Of a stretch of DNA of 64,000 bases, positions 22,317 through 37,200 are shown piece by piece. The notes under the pieces are model-generated. The model worked only from the letters and a program-made list of their open reading frames with translations, was not told the origin of the DNA and ran no database searches. The DNA lies in NCBI RefSeq assembly GCF_964355755.1, contig NC_092677.1, positions 5,292,101 to 5,356,100 of the forward strand, written 5' to 3'. The DNA is from Antedon mediterranea (Eukaryota; Animalia; Echinodermata). Position 1 is the first letter of the stretch. Every line of letters starts with the position of its first letter. A program made the position numbers and the translations under genes.

Positions 22317-25236
22317 CAATGCCCAGCATAAATACAAGTTATATATCTCTTACAAGATTCTTCTTCGATATCTCAGTAAGTTTTTTTTTATCGTCGCTGT
22401 CGGCTCGTTTCGTTTAGTTATCTTTATTATCATAATAGTCATCTTCACAATCAATGAAAACATTACTAATTTGTTCAATCTCTCATTCATCTTCTTTTTT
22501 TAATTTATAATTAGTTATGGTTAAGCTACTTACCTTTGTCTTCTCTGTCAAGAAATTAACACTGTGTCGATTATTAGTATTCGTTATTATTTTAATAAAA
22601 TTGTACTTTTTTGTTTCATTTTCGATCGCATTCAAGGACGTAATCCACCATGACATTGATATTTAAACTGATGATTGGTTGATTTTTGATATAATGCAGT
22701 GCCATTATTTACAGATAATCAATTATATGTTCTGTTAATAATAGGGAAGAGTTAAATTGTTAACTCTTCCCTGCTACAACGATCTTGTGTCAACTCATGT
22801 ATTCAAATTCAATTTAGGCTTAAATATGTTGTATTCTTATAGGCACCCATCACTCTCGGCTTATTCTTTATTGTTGCTACTATAGTAGGTTATAGAGGAT
22901 TACGTCGGCATAAATAAACTATAGGCCTAATTCCCGTTAAATTTTATATACAAATATCATCTTCCAGAAAATAGTGTACATCTTCATAGCGAATACCGTT
23001 AAAGATGTATTGTCTCCCTTTTTTGTTGACTATGCCATTTTAATTTTAATGTTCCATAATACTTATTCACTTTGACCAAAAATTTGATCGGAAAAAACAA
23101 TTATTTACCTGCAGAACCTGTTACCTGCTACAAGAAAGTAGTGACATTGGCTGCCAGACAATAATGGGTTTTGGGTTTAATTTAACCGCGTTATGTCGTC
23201 TTTATAAGTGAAAACATTATTTGTTTTAGTGTTTTTCATGCGGGTGACTTTATTAAACTAAAAAATGGCCTATTCAAAATCTGATTTTATTAATCTTAAT
23301 TTTAAATGTTTTTTGGTGACTATACATCTTATTATTACGGTGTATCCATTATTAATGATAAGAACAATCTACACTGTATATGCTAACAAATATGAAAAAC
23401 AAGATTCACGTAATTACCCTTTTTGGCACTTCAGGCGTTCCATAACATTTTATTTTTGCAGTTCAGGGATGTTTAAAAAAAGTGGGCGTATCCGATTTCC
23501 CACAAGTCGCGTACAAATTAAAAGAATTGAACATGCTCAGAAGAGGAGAGGTAACTATAGCCCCATTCTACTTAATTTTAAGGAGATTAGATTTAGCCTT
23601 TACAACCAGCAACTAACGAAATGGGGGCCAGTAGTGCTTAGGCCTAGTTAGTGGGTTTTATTTAGTTAGAGAGTTAGGCTACCTAAAGCGTCTACCACCC
23701 ACGCTAATTTTGTCGGGGGAAAACCCAGAAACAGTGATTTTCATTTGTGTGGGGTTTATTATTGATTTGTCCAAAATTATTTTGTTTTGCAAATTGTGTT
23801 TAGCCAGACAGGGATTTCCCATAATTTTATTCTCAACTTGAAAAAATGAAATATCGGGAGGTTTAAAAAACTATAGAGGGCGCTAAAATAATATATCAAA
23901 CCATAGAGGGTGCTATATGCACAACCTAAAAATATTTGTCGTATTCAAGTGGACCGTTCAGTAGTTTTTCCTTTGAGTACTTATTTAACGGAGTATTTTG
24001 AGCGTTGAGATTGTTCTTAACGAAAAAGCTTTCGTTGTCAACGTTTTCTATTCGAATGACTTTCTGTTGAGCACAAATTTACAATTCGAATACTAAAAGT
24101 ACTCAACGAATCTTTACGTTACAACGAAAGTTCCCGATCGAATACGACAATTGTTAATGTGTGTATTTCAGGCGTCCAGAAGGCGGAAAATAGGGTGCCA
24201 GCTCATTATTTCAATTCAGAATCATATATATAAACTCATGAATGGATTAGGCTATATATCTTATATCGCGTGATAGTGATTAGTATCTTTTATATTCTCT
24301 TATCAATATCTAAAGTAATATAAATCATTGCTACATACATATCAGGAGAATTTTTTGGTTTATCCAAAATTTGAGAAAGACTAGAAATTGCATTTTAGCA
24401 GGAGACTTGAAGTATCGTGAGACTCCCATCATCCCTATTGGGAAAGTTGACAGGTCATGCTAGTACTGTATATATTTATGTATATTTTTATATGATTGAT
24501 ACCGAATATATATTTATATTTCCGTATATCTTTAATTTCTGTAGTAATTAAGAATGTTTCATAGTACAAAACACTCATGTGCAATGTACACATTGTTTTT
24601 TTTTTTGGTAAAAAATATGCTACAATTATATACTGTAAAATGAAAAACAACTAGCAACCACTGATTGCTTTTGAAATGTAAATCAAATTTCATTGCATTT
24701 TCACATGACTGAACACCAGTAGGCCTAACTAACTGTTCAAACAACAATCGTAGGTACTGTAATGGAAGCTTTATAGTCAATTTACACAGACATGGGGTAA
24801 CAGTAAGTCGAAAACCATGTAGGTTGTCTCACATAGAATCTTGCATCTATCCTGAAAACCGCCTGTCTGCTCTGTGTTGTATGTAAATTGTCATAAGGAA
24901 TAACATAGATTCTATATTTGTATTACCGTTACCGCTCGTCTGTGTAAATTGGCCTGTAGTACTACAGTAGTGTGTTTACTATTGTGGAATTTAGTTTCGC
25001 TTTTCATTGACATTTTCATTCCAAAGAATAGAACAATACAGAGCAAAATTGGGAAAATGGAATGGGATACAATTACTGTAAAGCTTTGTTTGTCAATCGG
25101 AAAACCGTTTTTGTCAGTAAATGCCATTTCTAATCTCAAAGACAAAATATATTTTTAAGATCAGTTTTTCTTGCCAGCAGAAACATACTGTGAACCCTAA
25201 CGAATAAATAAAAGTTATAAACAAATTATATATCTT

Positions 25237-28200
25237 ATGCATTTACTAGTAGGTGTAGTCATATTCCTGGTTTTTACTAATGGTAAGTACTTTGTATTTC
25301 ATGTCAATACAGTTTTATACTTCATGCTTATTATGTGATTGAAAGTATCATTTTCTGTGATAGTTGGTGTATCCAGGGAGATTTATTTTACATCTCCCTG
25401 GTGTATCTAAGAAATATTCAAAATCATCACTAACATGAAGGATGAAAATAAGTAAGCCACATAAAAAGACAAATAAAAAAGCATAAAAATATTTTTTTTA
25501 ACTTTAGACCTAATATATTCTTTCATTTCTAGAGGCCAATTGCCAGTTGGTGACATCATCTGACCAGGAAGCAAATGAAGGCAATGCTAAAGTATTGATA
25601 ACTTGTGATTATTCACAATTTACTTCAACTACACCTTATGCAATACAATGGGATGAACTAAATGCTGGTGACGTAAATATTAACCCAGGAATTGTAAATA
25701 CTAATAGGGTACAAAATGGACGTTTCAGGTTAGACACTGCTGCTGGTAAAGCTAGTCTGGTGATGTCACAACCGCTGAGAAACGATTCTCAAAGACCATT
25801 TCAATGTCAGATAAAAACACTAAGTGGAGATATTCAGTTATCAAATCCATCTATTGTAAACTGTATATTGTGAGTAAAGTAGATTTAATATTCTGTTATA
25901 ATACCACTATTGCTGATGTAATACAATATTGCACCTCAGTAGAAGTTAACCTTTTACTAGATAGAGTCCTGGGGCATCAATTTGGTAGTAGGGGTGTGAG
26001 AGACTGAGGTGAACACATTTTAGACAATGGACCTTTAGCTGCACCTAGAAATTTCATTTAAACTTGGAATTTACTGACTTTATTTATTATTATTTTTCTG
26101 TTCTATCAATTTTTTATCTGAAAAATATAGTACACTAATAATGAAAGTGCTAAAAGTATAAAGAATAAAAATATCCAATCTGCAGACAGTAGTATTTCGA
26201 TCTTAGATCTTGTCAGTGCAGCTCAGGTTTCACAATTATTATATAGCTTAAGCTAGTTATGTTGGACATGGTACAATGATTATGAACACAAAGAGTGCAC
26301 AAACTCAACGAGCGTGAAATGAAAAATTCTATTAAATAATTAATTATTCTAACAAAAATGCATGGTTTCGATTGGAAGAGTGCTAGTCTACAAAACAACA
26401 TGCTTTTTTATATAGCAGAATGTAGAGAAGCGTAATATCTTATCTGCATAACGAACAAATATATAAACAAAATTATTTAACAACACTGATGATCTTTAAT
26501 CTTTAAATGTATTCTTAAAATACAATTTATATTTTCTTTCTATTGATAATCAGACTTAAATCAACCACTTCTTGATGCCTCAGCAAGTACTGTCTACGAA
26601 GGTCAATCATTGACCTTTACCTGTAGTAAACCTGATGGTGATCCTATTCCTGACATTATTTGGTATAGAGATGGACAGACAGTCAACACCGACAACCCTT
26701 CTAGATATGAGATTGCAAATAGCAGTACAGAGTCAGTTCTTAAGATTAAATCAGCTACTGAAGAAGATGGTGGGGGATATACATGTAAAGCAGAAAGTGA
26801 TCAGTTTAAAGGAGATGATGCTAAAACAAGTGAAGGAAAACAGTTGACTGTAATTGGATATTGTATGTACACATTACTTTTAACATTACTAATAATAATT
26901 GTCTTGGTAAAAGTACGATTTATGTGATTTAGTTCAGATCTATAGACAGCATTAACATGAGCTAAATTTGTCTTTTTAGATATTGCTGTTACTTTTAAAC
27001 CTGAAGCTGGTTTAGCAACATGTACAGCAGAGGGCCATCCCAAGCCATCATCAGTATTGATATTACAAGATGGAGAAGAGGTTAAGAAAGGAGAAAATAC
27101 ATCAAGTATAGAAATAGAAGATGATGAGATATGTCAATTAAATCTTACATGTTATGCAGAGAATGGAAAGCTTAATAAAACAGCAGCATTAGAGAACTGT
27201 AGTTCAGGTAATCATACAGTATTCAGTAAATACAATTATTACAACAAGTTTAAAAACAATACAACTTATTTAAAAAAATTTTGTTAGAAAAATAATCTTC
27301 CAGGTTTATAAATATACCATTCACCAGAAAGAATAATACATTGCTTGAATGTTAGACCTACAGATAAAATTAATTTACATTGACATCTGAGCTGATCTTG
27401 TACCCCTTTTCAGATATCACGGTTAAGTTTACATCTGAAGATGGTTTAGCGACATGTACAGCAGAGGGCCATCCCAAACCATCATCTGTATTGATATTAA
27501 TAGATGAAGAAGTGGTTGAGAAAGGAGAAAATACAGCAACTATAAAAATAGATGACGAGATATGTCAATCAAGTCTTACATGTTATGCAGAGAATGGAAA
27601 CCTTAATGACACAGCCGCACTAGAGAACTGTAGGCCCAAAGCAGGTAGACCTACAGATGGGCCTACAGGCAATTTGAAAGGTATGTCACCATACTGTATT
27701 TACCAAGTTAGGTTAGTGACTGAGTGATACATGTTGGTGGGATTTAGTTTAATGTAAAATGCAACCAACCATTGTTAAAAGATGATTTATAATCGTGGTG
27801 ATGTCTCAAAAGAGAAAGAAAGTTAAGAGAAAAAAACAAAATGATTAAAGACCCCTTCCCTGCAATTTTGGACGTTTTTTGGAAAATAATACATATATAT
27901 CACTTTAAAAACATGTCATTCCTTGTCTTAAATGTACGTTTTATGGTAAATTATGATAAAAAGTGAGAAACAATGCACTACCTAAGTAGCTCGCGGCGAT
28001 CGACCTCTCGTGGATGGTCTTAGGCCTAGCCTAGCTAGGCTTTATTTTGTAGGCCTAGCTGGTAAACATCGGTAACGTACGAACATCGTACACTAGCTAT
28101 ATACCTAGCCTGACGTTGTATAGTTGCTGCATTAATTGTCTTTCTATTTTTGCCAGACTCCGTTGATACAAAATTGGGGAAAACCCGGTATTTTCACTGA

Positions 28201-31200
28201 AAAGTTAGGAGTCTTCCATTTGTTTTGGCCTCACGATCGATCGAAAAGTGGGCGAATTACAGGTGAAAAACAAAAATATCAATCCGCGCGCAATGCATTT
28301 TGGGATTTATAGCGGGCCGCTATAATTATTAGAATCGACTTATTTTTCACATTTTTAACCGTTTGAAGACGAAAAAAGTTATCGCAATAAGACCATATAG
28401 TATTATTTTTACATTAAATATAGTTTGTGATCTTAAATTCGATCTAAAAAACGTAGGGAAGGGGGCTTTAAGAAAATGTGTCAATATGAGTTAACAAATT
28501 AGAAAATAGTATAAAAAAACAATGTTAATGTGTAGAAGAAAAAAAAATGGGTTGAAAAATAATGTTAGTTCTATTGTATAGCACTATAAAATATTTTATA
28601 GATATTTATATTTATTGATTTTATTTTTTACGTGCAATGTATTTTAATATTTTAAAAGAACATGAAAAAAAAGTGGGACAAACCCACATAAGACAAAAAA
28701 ATCTAGCAAGTAGATCACCTACTGTATCACCAAAATACATTGCTCTTTGGGTCATTCTTCAGTAAGTGTCTAAAATCGTGTCCCGATACTTTGGTGGGAT
28801 AGAGACTGAAAATTCATCATTAAAATATAAAAATTCTTGACTTAAATCATAATCAACATTATTGTAAATATAATTAATTACATAAAATAAAGATAATTAC
28901 ATTGATATTGTTAATTTTTATAAAAATGTTTCAGGCAACCCCCTAAAATCCTATGTCCCGATCGTACATCTTCAATTTTATGATCGCCGTATATATTTGA
29001 TAACAGGACCTTTGTTATCGAAAATATTGTAAAAAGTTAGTTAATCATGATTTCATGCGATTATATTCTTCGAAATACATCTCTACATACATTAAATCTC
29101 AAACTTTAAAGTTTTTGTTTGGAAAAAGCTTGTCCCGCAGTTTTGTGTCATTTCCGTCTACAGTTTAATGAACGGCGGTGAAAAAAATTGACTGTGCGTT
29201 GTAAACATACGAAGATATTGAAATTAAACTAGCCACACATCATTTTCAATAAAAGAGGAAAAAAGCTAAAAAAACGAGGTTTTAGAAAAATTACAGCTGC
29301 GTACCTTTATTGAATGTCATATCCGAACGGTATAGAACTCATTAAATAATTATAATTTCTGGTTTTTTTCAACTGGAAGTACAAGTTATTCACGGTATCT
29401 AGAAGTATGCAATCCGTCTCCGCTGTCAGACATGCCTACGATGTGATCCTAGGCTGTCCAATGCTAAATACATCATCTCCGTCACGGTCAGCTCCGTCAC
29501 ATTTCCCAATGTTTCGTTGTGACGGAGATGACGGCCCGTGACGGATATGACTTTTTGTTATTGCCAGGGCCTTTTTTTGTTGTACATTTTGTTTTGTATA
29601 TCTTTATTATGTTATTACATTGTATATCTATGTGACTCTGGTCAATAAACATAATCAAATCATATCTTAAAGTCATCTCCGTCACATGATTTTTTAGGTT
29701 CGTCATATCCTTCACGGTTTCATCTCCGTCACATGGATATTTTATCCTTTTAAATCCTAAAATATTTAAATAATGAACGCAATATATATTGAAATATAAA
29801 CAATATTCTTCTACTATGTCAATGGATAGTAATATTAGTTCAACAGAATTTTGTAAAACATCAGTGACAGTCATACTATTTTCTGAAAATTATTATTTTT
29901 TGGAATAGTAAATGGTTTTGAACGTATAACATCATACTTATAAATGTTAAAACAATCATTTTTTGATTAATAGAGACAAAAATAATATATAGTATCAAAG
30001 AATTAATAATGGAAATAATTTTATAATTCCTGAACCGTTATTTTTTCTATCTTTGTATATCCCATAAATGTGACGGAAATGACAGTAACATAGAACCATG
30101 TATTTATAAATACGAATAAAACATGAAATATATAATAAAGATTGCGCCAAACATACGCTTGCCATGTAATACATGTTCATTTATCTGAATAAACTTTTAA
30201 AATTTAAAAAATGCAAATTTTAAAATTGATTTTTTATAAACCTGAAATTAGACACTTACTGAAGAATGACCCCTTTACACACTCCTTTTTTGTTGACACA
30301 ATTGGAATCAATGCAACTGTCAGACATTAATAACATGATTTACATCTCAAAGTATTGCTTTATTTCACGTTCATCCAGACAAAAACTTTTAATTACCGTC
30401 CATCACAACAGGCTTCTGCCATTTCCATCTTTCGTATGGAACGCACAACCTTCCTACAGTTAACACAACATCGCAAAACAGAGCACCAATAAGACTGGAA
30501 ATTGGTACAGCCATTCTTCTTAACCAGAAATAGAAAACATTTCTATAAAATTGTGGTCTGTTGAAGAATCCACTAATTGCATTTTTAAAAATCACAGTAA
30601 ATGCTGCTGCAGGATATTTAACTGTAATGTGTATTCATTAAAACATTGATAGAGGTTTTTAAATAATAAACAATAAGATGTATTTCCATTGAAATGACTT
30701 TGTTTTGATAATCGTTTATGATTGAAAATAAATTTGTTGTTAACAGTTATTTCAGAAGATTCAGGATCATCATACGCCATCATTCTGATTATTGTGGTTA
30801 TTTTTGGTTTGTTGGCGTGGTTTCTTCTTCTTGTTTGTAAGTATCATGTACTGTATTACTTAATGCCTCTTTTGGCATAAGCCCTTTTTATTTCAGTGAA
30901 TTTTAATAACAGTATTCACAAATTAGAAACCCTCAACTATTTTAGGGTTATTTACATTGAGTACTTCTAATATTTTATACAAATTATTATAAATGATATA
31001 CTATATTTATTAGAATGTTTTTATTTAGAATTTTTAATTTTTGGGATTTTGATTATTAATTGTAGTTTAATGAGTAATGAAACGAAATAAATACTGCATG
31101 GACATAGATTGCATAATATTTCATAATTATATTGATACAAAGATTGCTTTTACAGTATATTGGTAGACCAATAGAATTTATTTTAATTTTTAAAAATTTA

Positions 31201-34198
31201 TTTTGTTTTAGATTTTATTTTTTACAAGAACATTGAGTGGAGCAATCAAGATAATGATATAGTAACAGTAGAAGGTGGTGAATCAATTATGATGAGTTTT
31301 AAATACCGTCCAAGTATTGCAAGGATCAAGACACTTGAAATAAAGAAAGAACACAAGGTGCTTGGTTCAAATCAACAGCAATTCACTAGTTGTAAAACAG
31401 TCTGTCAGTTTCTCTGTTATTGCTGTGCTTACTTTTGTGGATTTTTTTGTATTGAATACTGCATAAATAAAGGTAAGTTACATATTTTAATTTTGTTAGT
31501 AGGTCATTGTTTCTCAAGTCATCATTTCTGACAGTTCTAAAAGTTAGGAGTCTGATGATGTTGTTGTTATTGATATATAAAAGTTTTTAAATACAGCACT
31601 TTTTTACTTTATTCTGCTGGGAGAATGATACATTGTTTGTATATCATTGTTAATGGCTTACTGTCGATTTCTGTTCATTATACCTGTACATTAGATGAAT
31701 ATTTTCTTATTTTTATTTAATAGTTAAATACAACAATAAAGATAAAAAGAAACATGGAAGGAGGTGAGTTGAGTTTTTAACATTGGTGGGATTTATTTTG
31801 ATTATTATATTTTAGCTAATTACAAATTTTATTGAAAGGTTATGGTTAATAAAAGAGAATGTCCTGGTGATGCATAGGTCTTCTTTGTAGTTTAATATTA
31901 TTATCTTGTATTGTGTTCCTTATAGCAGTGGCAATAGAGGTGGTGAAGAGTATCAGATGATGGTCAATGATGGTGCAGAGGTACCTGCTGTTGTAATACA
32001 ATCACCTAACAAGGATACAACAATTGACGAAACTGCTGTACAACAACCAACAGCAGCCTCTGTTGAATCTGAACAAAATTCAGAGGTATTGTGAAAATAC
32101 TAAATCCTTCATTCCTTGAATTGAAAGTACAAAGATACAAAAATAAAAAAGAAAAAAGACATGTTTGTTAAAGTATTGTGTGTTTTGTGGTGTTTCGAAA
32201 AGGAAATTTTGATTGACAATTTGATTCATCTTTGGTACTTAAATTCTGTTTTTTACAATAAAATGTTATCCTTTTTTTCTAATTAGAGTAAAACCTATTC
32301 TTTGGGACACCTCTATTCAAGGGCCACCCCAATTAAGGGGATACTTATCTGTGAAATGAATGAGACGCAATTTATTATATTGTAGCACTATGGCCAACCT
32401 TATTGTGAGCCAAATGTGACCCTTATGGGTTTTACTATATTAAAGACCCCTTCCCTGCAATTTTGGACGTTTTTTGGAAAATAATACATATATATCACTT
32501 TAAAAACATTAAACCATGTCATTCCTTGTCTTAAATGTACGTTTTATGGTAAATTATGATAAAAAGTGAGAAACAATGCACTACCTAAGTAGCTCGCGGC
32601 GATCGACCTCTCGTGGACGGTCTTAGGCCTAGCCTAGCTAGGCTTAGTTTTGTAGGCCTAGCTGGTAAACATCGGTAACGTACGAACATCGTACGCGAGC
32701 TATATACCTAGCCTGACGTTGTATAGTTGCTGCATTAATTGTCTTTCTAATTTTGCCAGACTCCGTTGATACAAATTGGGGAAAACCCGGTATTTTTGCT
32801 GAAAAGTTAAGAGTCTTCCATTTGTTTTGGCCTCTCGATCGATCGAAAAGTGGGCGAATTACAGGTGAAAAACAAAAATATCAATCCGCGCGCAATGCAT
32901 TTTGGGATTTATAGCGGGCCGCTATAATTATTAGAATCGACTTATTTTTCACATTTTTAGCCGTTTAAAGACGAAAAAAGTTATCGCAATAGGACCATAT
33001 AGTATTATTTTTACATTAAATATAGTTTGTGATCTTAAATTAGATCTAAAAAACGTAGGGAATGGGGCTTTAACAAAATATAATTGTTTTTTTCAAAGAC
33101 AAATCCTGATGATGAAGATACTGAACTTTTAGCACAACATCAAGCAACATCTGGTGGAAATTCTGAAATTTCTGAAGAGAAAGGTAAACTTTTTTATTAT
33201 TTTCTAGAATACTTTTTTAGTATTTGGTAGGGGAAATGTTACACATTTGTTGTTACTATAATGTATTCTCAAAGCTGAGGTTTCCATTTTGATAAAGTAA
33301 ATTCGATATTACCTGATACTTTTATTGTCAATATGAACAGATTGACTTTAGAATTCTTTTTCAGATGTAATAAAAACATGATGACATATTAAAATGTTAA
33401 ACACATAAGCAAATCAAAAGATATATAATCCTATTTGCACTATATATTGTGTATATTGAATTATGGGTAGAATTTTAACAAACTTGACCACCTTCAACCG
33501 ACAATACAAAATAGATTAATTAGCTGTAGATGGCAAGATTTATTGAATATGAGTTCATGATGTGGGATGGTAAATGTTTCTGATATTAAAATTCAATTCT
33601 TTCTCTCTGCTCTATTTTTAAAAGTCTGAAATCAAAATCCTATATCTGTAATTATATTTTATTAATCAATTAATCAATTTTGTTTACGTTTTGCTTGATA
33701 AATCTCCAACTCAATACTACTGATCAGTAAAGTATTTGTTATGTTCTTTGTTTAGAAGGATGACATTTCGGCAACAATCATACAGTAAGAATTTATTAAC
33801 ATAAAAGCTTTAGAATGAGGCCTCAATTTTGAAAATCATTTCTCACTACTTCCAATTCTAATCCTATAAATCCTAACGATGCATAGGATATTATTTGATA
33901 ATGTTTCTTGGGTTTTTAAATTCATTGGCTTTTAACAATCATCAAAAAATTAACACGTGAAAGATAAGTACAGGCTCTTTTTAATTTATAGACAAACCCT
34001 TTTTGCAAATAGAATATTCTCTAGGTTTGCTCAATTGAATAAACAAACAAACATAGAGCAGAGGGTATGCATGTAGCAGCATCTCTCAACAAGATTTTGT
34101 TTGTTATTTGTTTTTAAAAACTGGTATTCCAATTCAGTGGTTCTTTGTTATATACAGTTTATTTCTGGCTAAATATTTTAATGAAATGTTAGTTTCTA

Positions 34199-34240
<42 letters not shown>

Positions 34241-37200
34241 GCCTTTGGATATATATCCATATCCAAAGGCAAATTACTGAAAAAAATGACAATGCTGTGG
34301 GTATCAGTGGCTGGATCTCAATGGAGATACAAAAATAAAAAGCGAAAAGCTAAATCAAAACGATAAAGTAAACAGCCAGAAAAGTTAGCAGAGCTTTCGG
34401 GCAACACTAGCCCTTCATCAGTGCAAGTGAAGGAATTTGGATAAGGTCATAGTATAAAGCTGGCAAGTGCTGCCTGGGTGGACAGGAATAAAAGAAATAT
34501 AACAAAGGGAGCCAGGGTGGAGTCTGAATAAGAGTAGAAAACAAAGAAGGTAGCTTGGTAGAGATATAAACAATTTTGGAATGAGACTAAAAAACAGCTA
34601 AAATGGTGGTTAATATTGAAACTTAAATTTTGGTAGTCAATGGAATAATTTTACCGATCTGGGAGTATGTTATATATATATATATATTACCTCTTACATT
34701 CTATAACATTTGCAACCATTAATTAAGTACTCTAACACTGCCTTTGATTTTTAAGATCTACCTTATTTTTTTCCTTTGTTTCTTTGTACTTTTTCATGTA
34801 AAAGTTGGGGATACTCATTTCCATTGTATTACAATATTGTCTACTGTGTAACCTTTACTTATGAAAAAGTAGAAATAAAGATTACCGAACCTGACTAAAG
34901 CTGAAACCACAAGAAAAAAAGGCTAGAGGACATCTACATGCAATTTATATTAAGATTTTATTTATGTACAGTATTTGTTGCTACTACTCAATTGGATTTT
35001 ATTTTTAAAAAGCATGTTTCTTAAATATTTTTGCCCTTCAACAGATTCTTTATAATTTTTCTAAGACTAAGTTGTATTGTTGTTGTTTTTATGTTGTTTT
35101 AGCAAAAGACTCAAATGAAAGGTAACGGTTTGTGGTACTATAGCAATAAAAGCTTATTTAATTTTTTGCTTTAATTGCTTAGATTATTTATGTTGACAAT
35201 TTAAAACATCAGATTATTATCTATCATCTTATTTACCTAATCATTTTCTACTTTTATTGTTCTGTTTGTTAGTTACTGTGTAGTACAGCTGTATCTGCCA
35301 ATATTTGTTGTTAACTGAAATCTAAATAAAATACACTATGTACATCAAGCACCTTTAAACCACAAGCTTCTATTTTGTGTGCTACATCTACAAACACCAA
35401 CAATGTATTTTGGTTTATAAACATAACTGATTTTGATCTGAATTCGGATTCTTAACTTTTTTTTTCCCTGTTCTAAAGTTACAATCTTCGTCGCATACTT
35501 TGTGATCTTCAATATGCTTAATTTAGTGAATATCACTACCTGTATGTGTTTGTTGGAATCTTTGCTGCGCTTATTTGTAAATCTTTGGTGAACTTACTTT
35601 TCGTGGTATATTGCTTTTTTTATACCACTGTATTTTATACTCCCACTTTGTGTGGGATAAGATGAATAAATTCCCTTACAATAACCTTTAAATTTTACAT
35701 TCAATGGTTTAGTAAATTACCTTGTGTTATTGTTTGTTTTAAATTCTAATTCTTTCTTCATTCTTTCTTTTTTTTTAGATCTGATAAGTACTCAAGTAAG
35801 TAACAACCATGATATTTTCTTTTAATATGACATTTACAAAGTGACATTACATTTATTTAAAGCTGATTCCTTCATAAAAAGATGAAGTTTGTTTTAAGTA
35901 GAATAGGAACTTTCGTGTATATCAACATACCAGTATTTTATTCATTGATCTATATACTCCATGGAAATTCACAAAAGCCCATTTTATTATTGAATGGTGG
36001 ATATCAAATTAATATCTTACTTTCAACTTGAAGGTAAATCATCTGCAATTAATATATATTTACTTTTCAGTGTTTACAAATGGAAGAGGAAAAATCAGCC
36101 TAACGGTTTCAAATCTTGTGATATCTGATTCAGGAGAGTACAACTGCAACATAGAGGGCAATAGACAGCAAGGTCAAAGTGTCAACAATGTAACTGTTTA
36201 TTGTGAGTTTTATAAATGATTTATTTTATTATTTTTTTAATCACCATGTCAGATAAGATTACAATTAAATAATGTATTAAATAATTGTTTAAATCAGTTC
36301 CATGTGTTAAGTTCATAATTTTTATCTATCTAGTGGATAAGTAGTGGCCACCATTCCTTCATCTATGTAAAATGAATTATAACATCATGTCCATATATGG
36401 GCACATCACATTATTTTGTAAAGTTTGATAGTGTAGACAAAAATTAAGAGCAAATTTCATCAGCTTATATATTTTTTGAAGGGATTGAGAGGAAAAATCA
36501 CAAGTACTCATCAGAAGAAGGTATCAATAATTTTGAAATGAAGTGCAGATATGGACCAGCAGATATGCCATTAACAGGTTACAAGTGGAAGAAGATTAGG
36601 GAAGATGGCACAACAGAGATTGAGGATTGTTCTAAAGATTCTAGATTTGAAGTAACAAGTTACCAAAATAGCATTCTGTCTTTGAAGATAAAGAATGTTA
36701 TACTTGGTGATGCTGGGATGTATCAATGTGAAGTGAAGCCAGTTGATGGAGAACAAATACTGAAAGATACTACACATCTGACAGTGAAGGAAGGTAATTT
36801 TATAGAATTAAATGAGAACCTGTTTATTTTTTTTGTATGGTTTAGAAAATGTGTGTGATAGTAAAGTATATGGTACAGTTGAGAAAATGTTGATGTTTAT
36901 AATGCCTGATAAAGTGAAGAGATTGCCTACTGTAGTATTTCCAGAAGTTTTTTCTTTAAAAGGCCTATAACATGGAATGTTTGTTTATCCTGTGTAATAA
37001 TATACATATTGATAATCTATTATTTACTAGCAAAGTATAATGTAAATTTTGTATTAAGCTGATGAATATATTTTTGTTTAAAAACATTTTTTCCTGGAAA
37101 TGTCTTTTATAGATGTTATCAAAATGGAGATTTCTGATGTTACTATCTATGAGGGTTTCAAGAGTGCTACATTGTTGTTAAACATAAAATATGTTGATGA

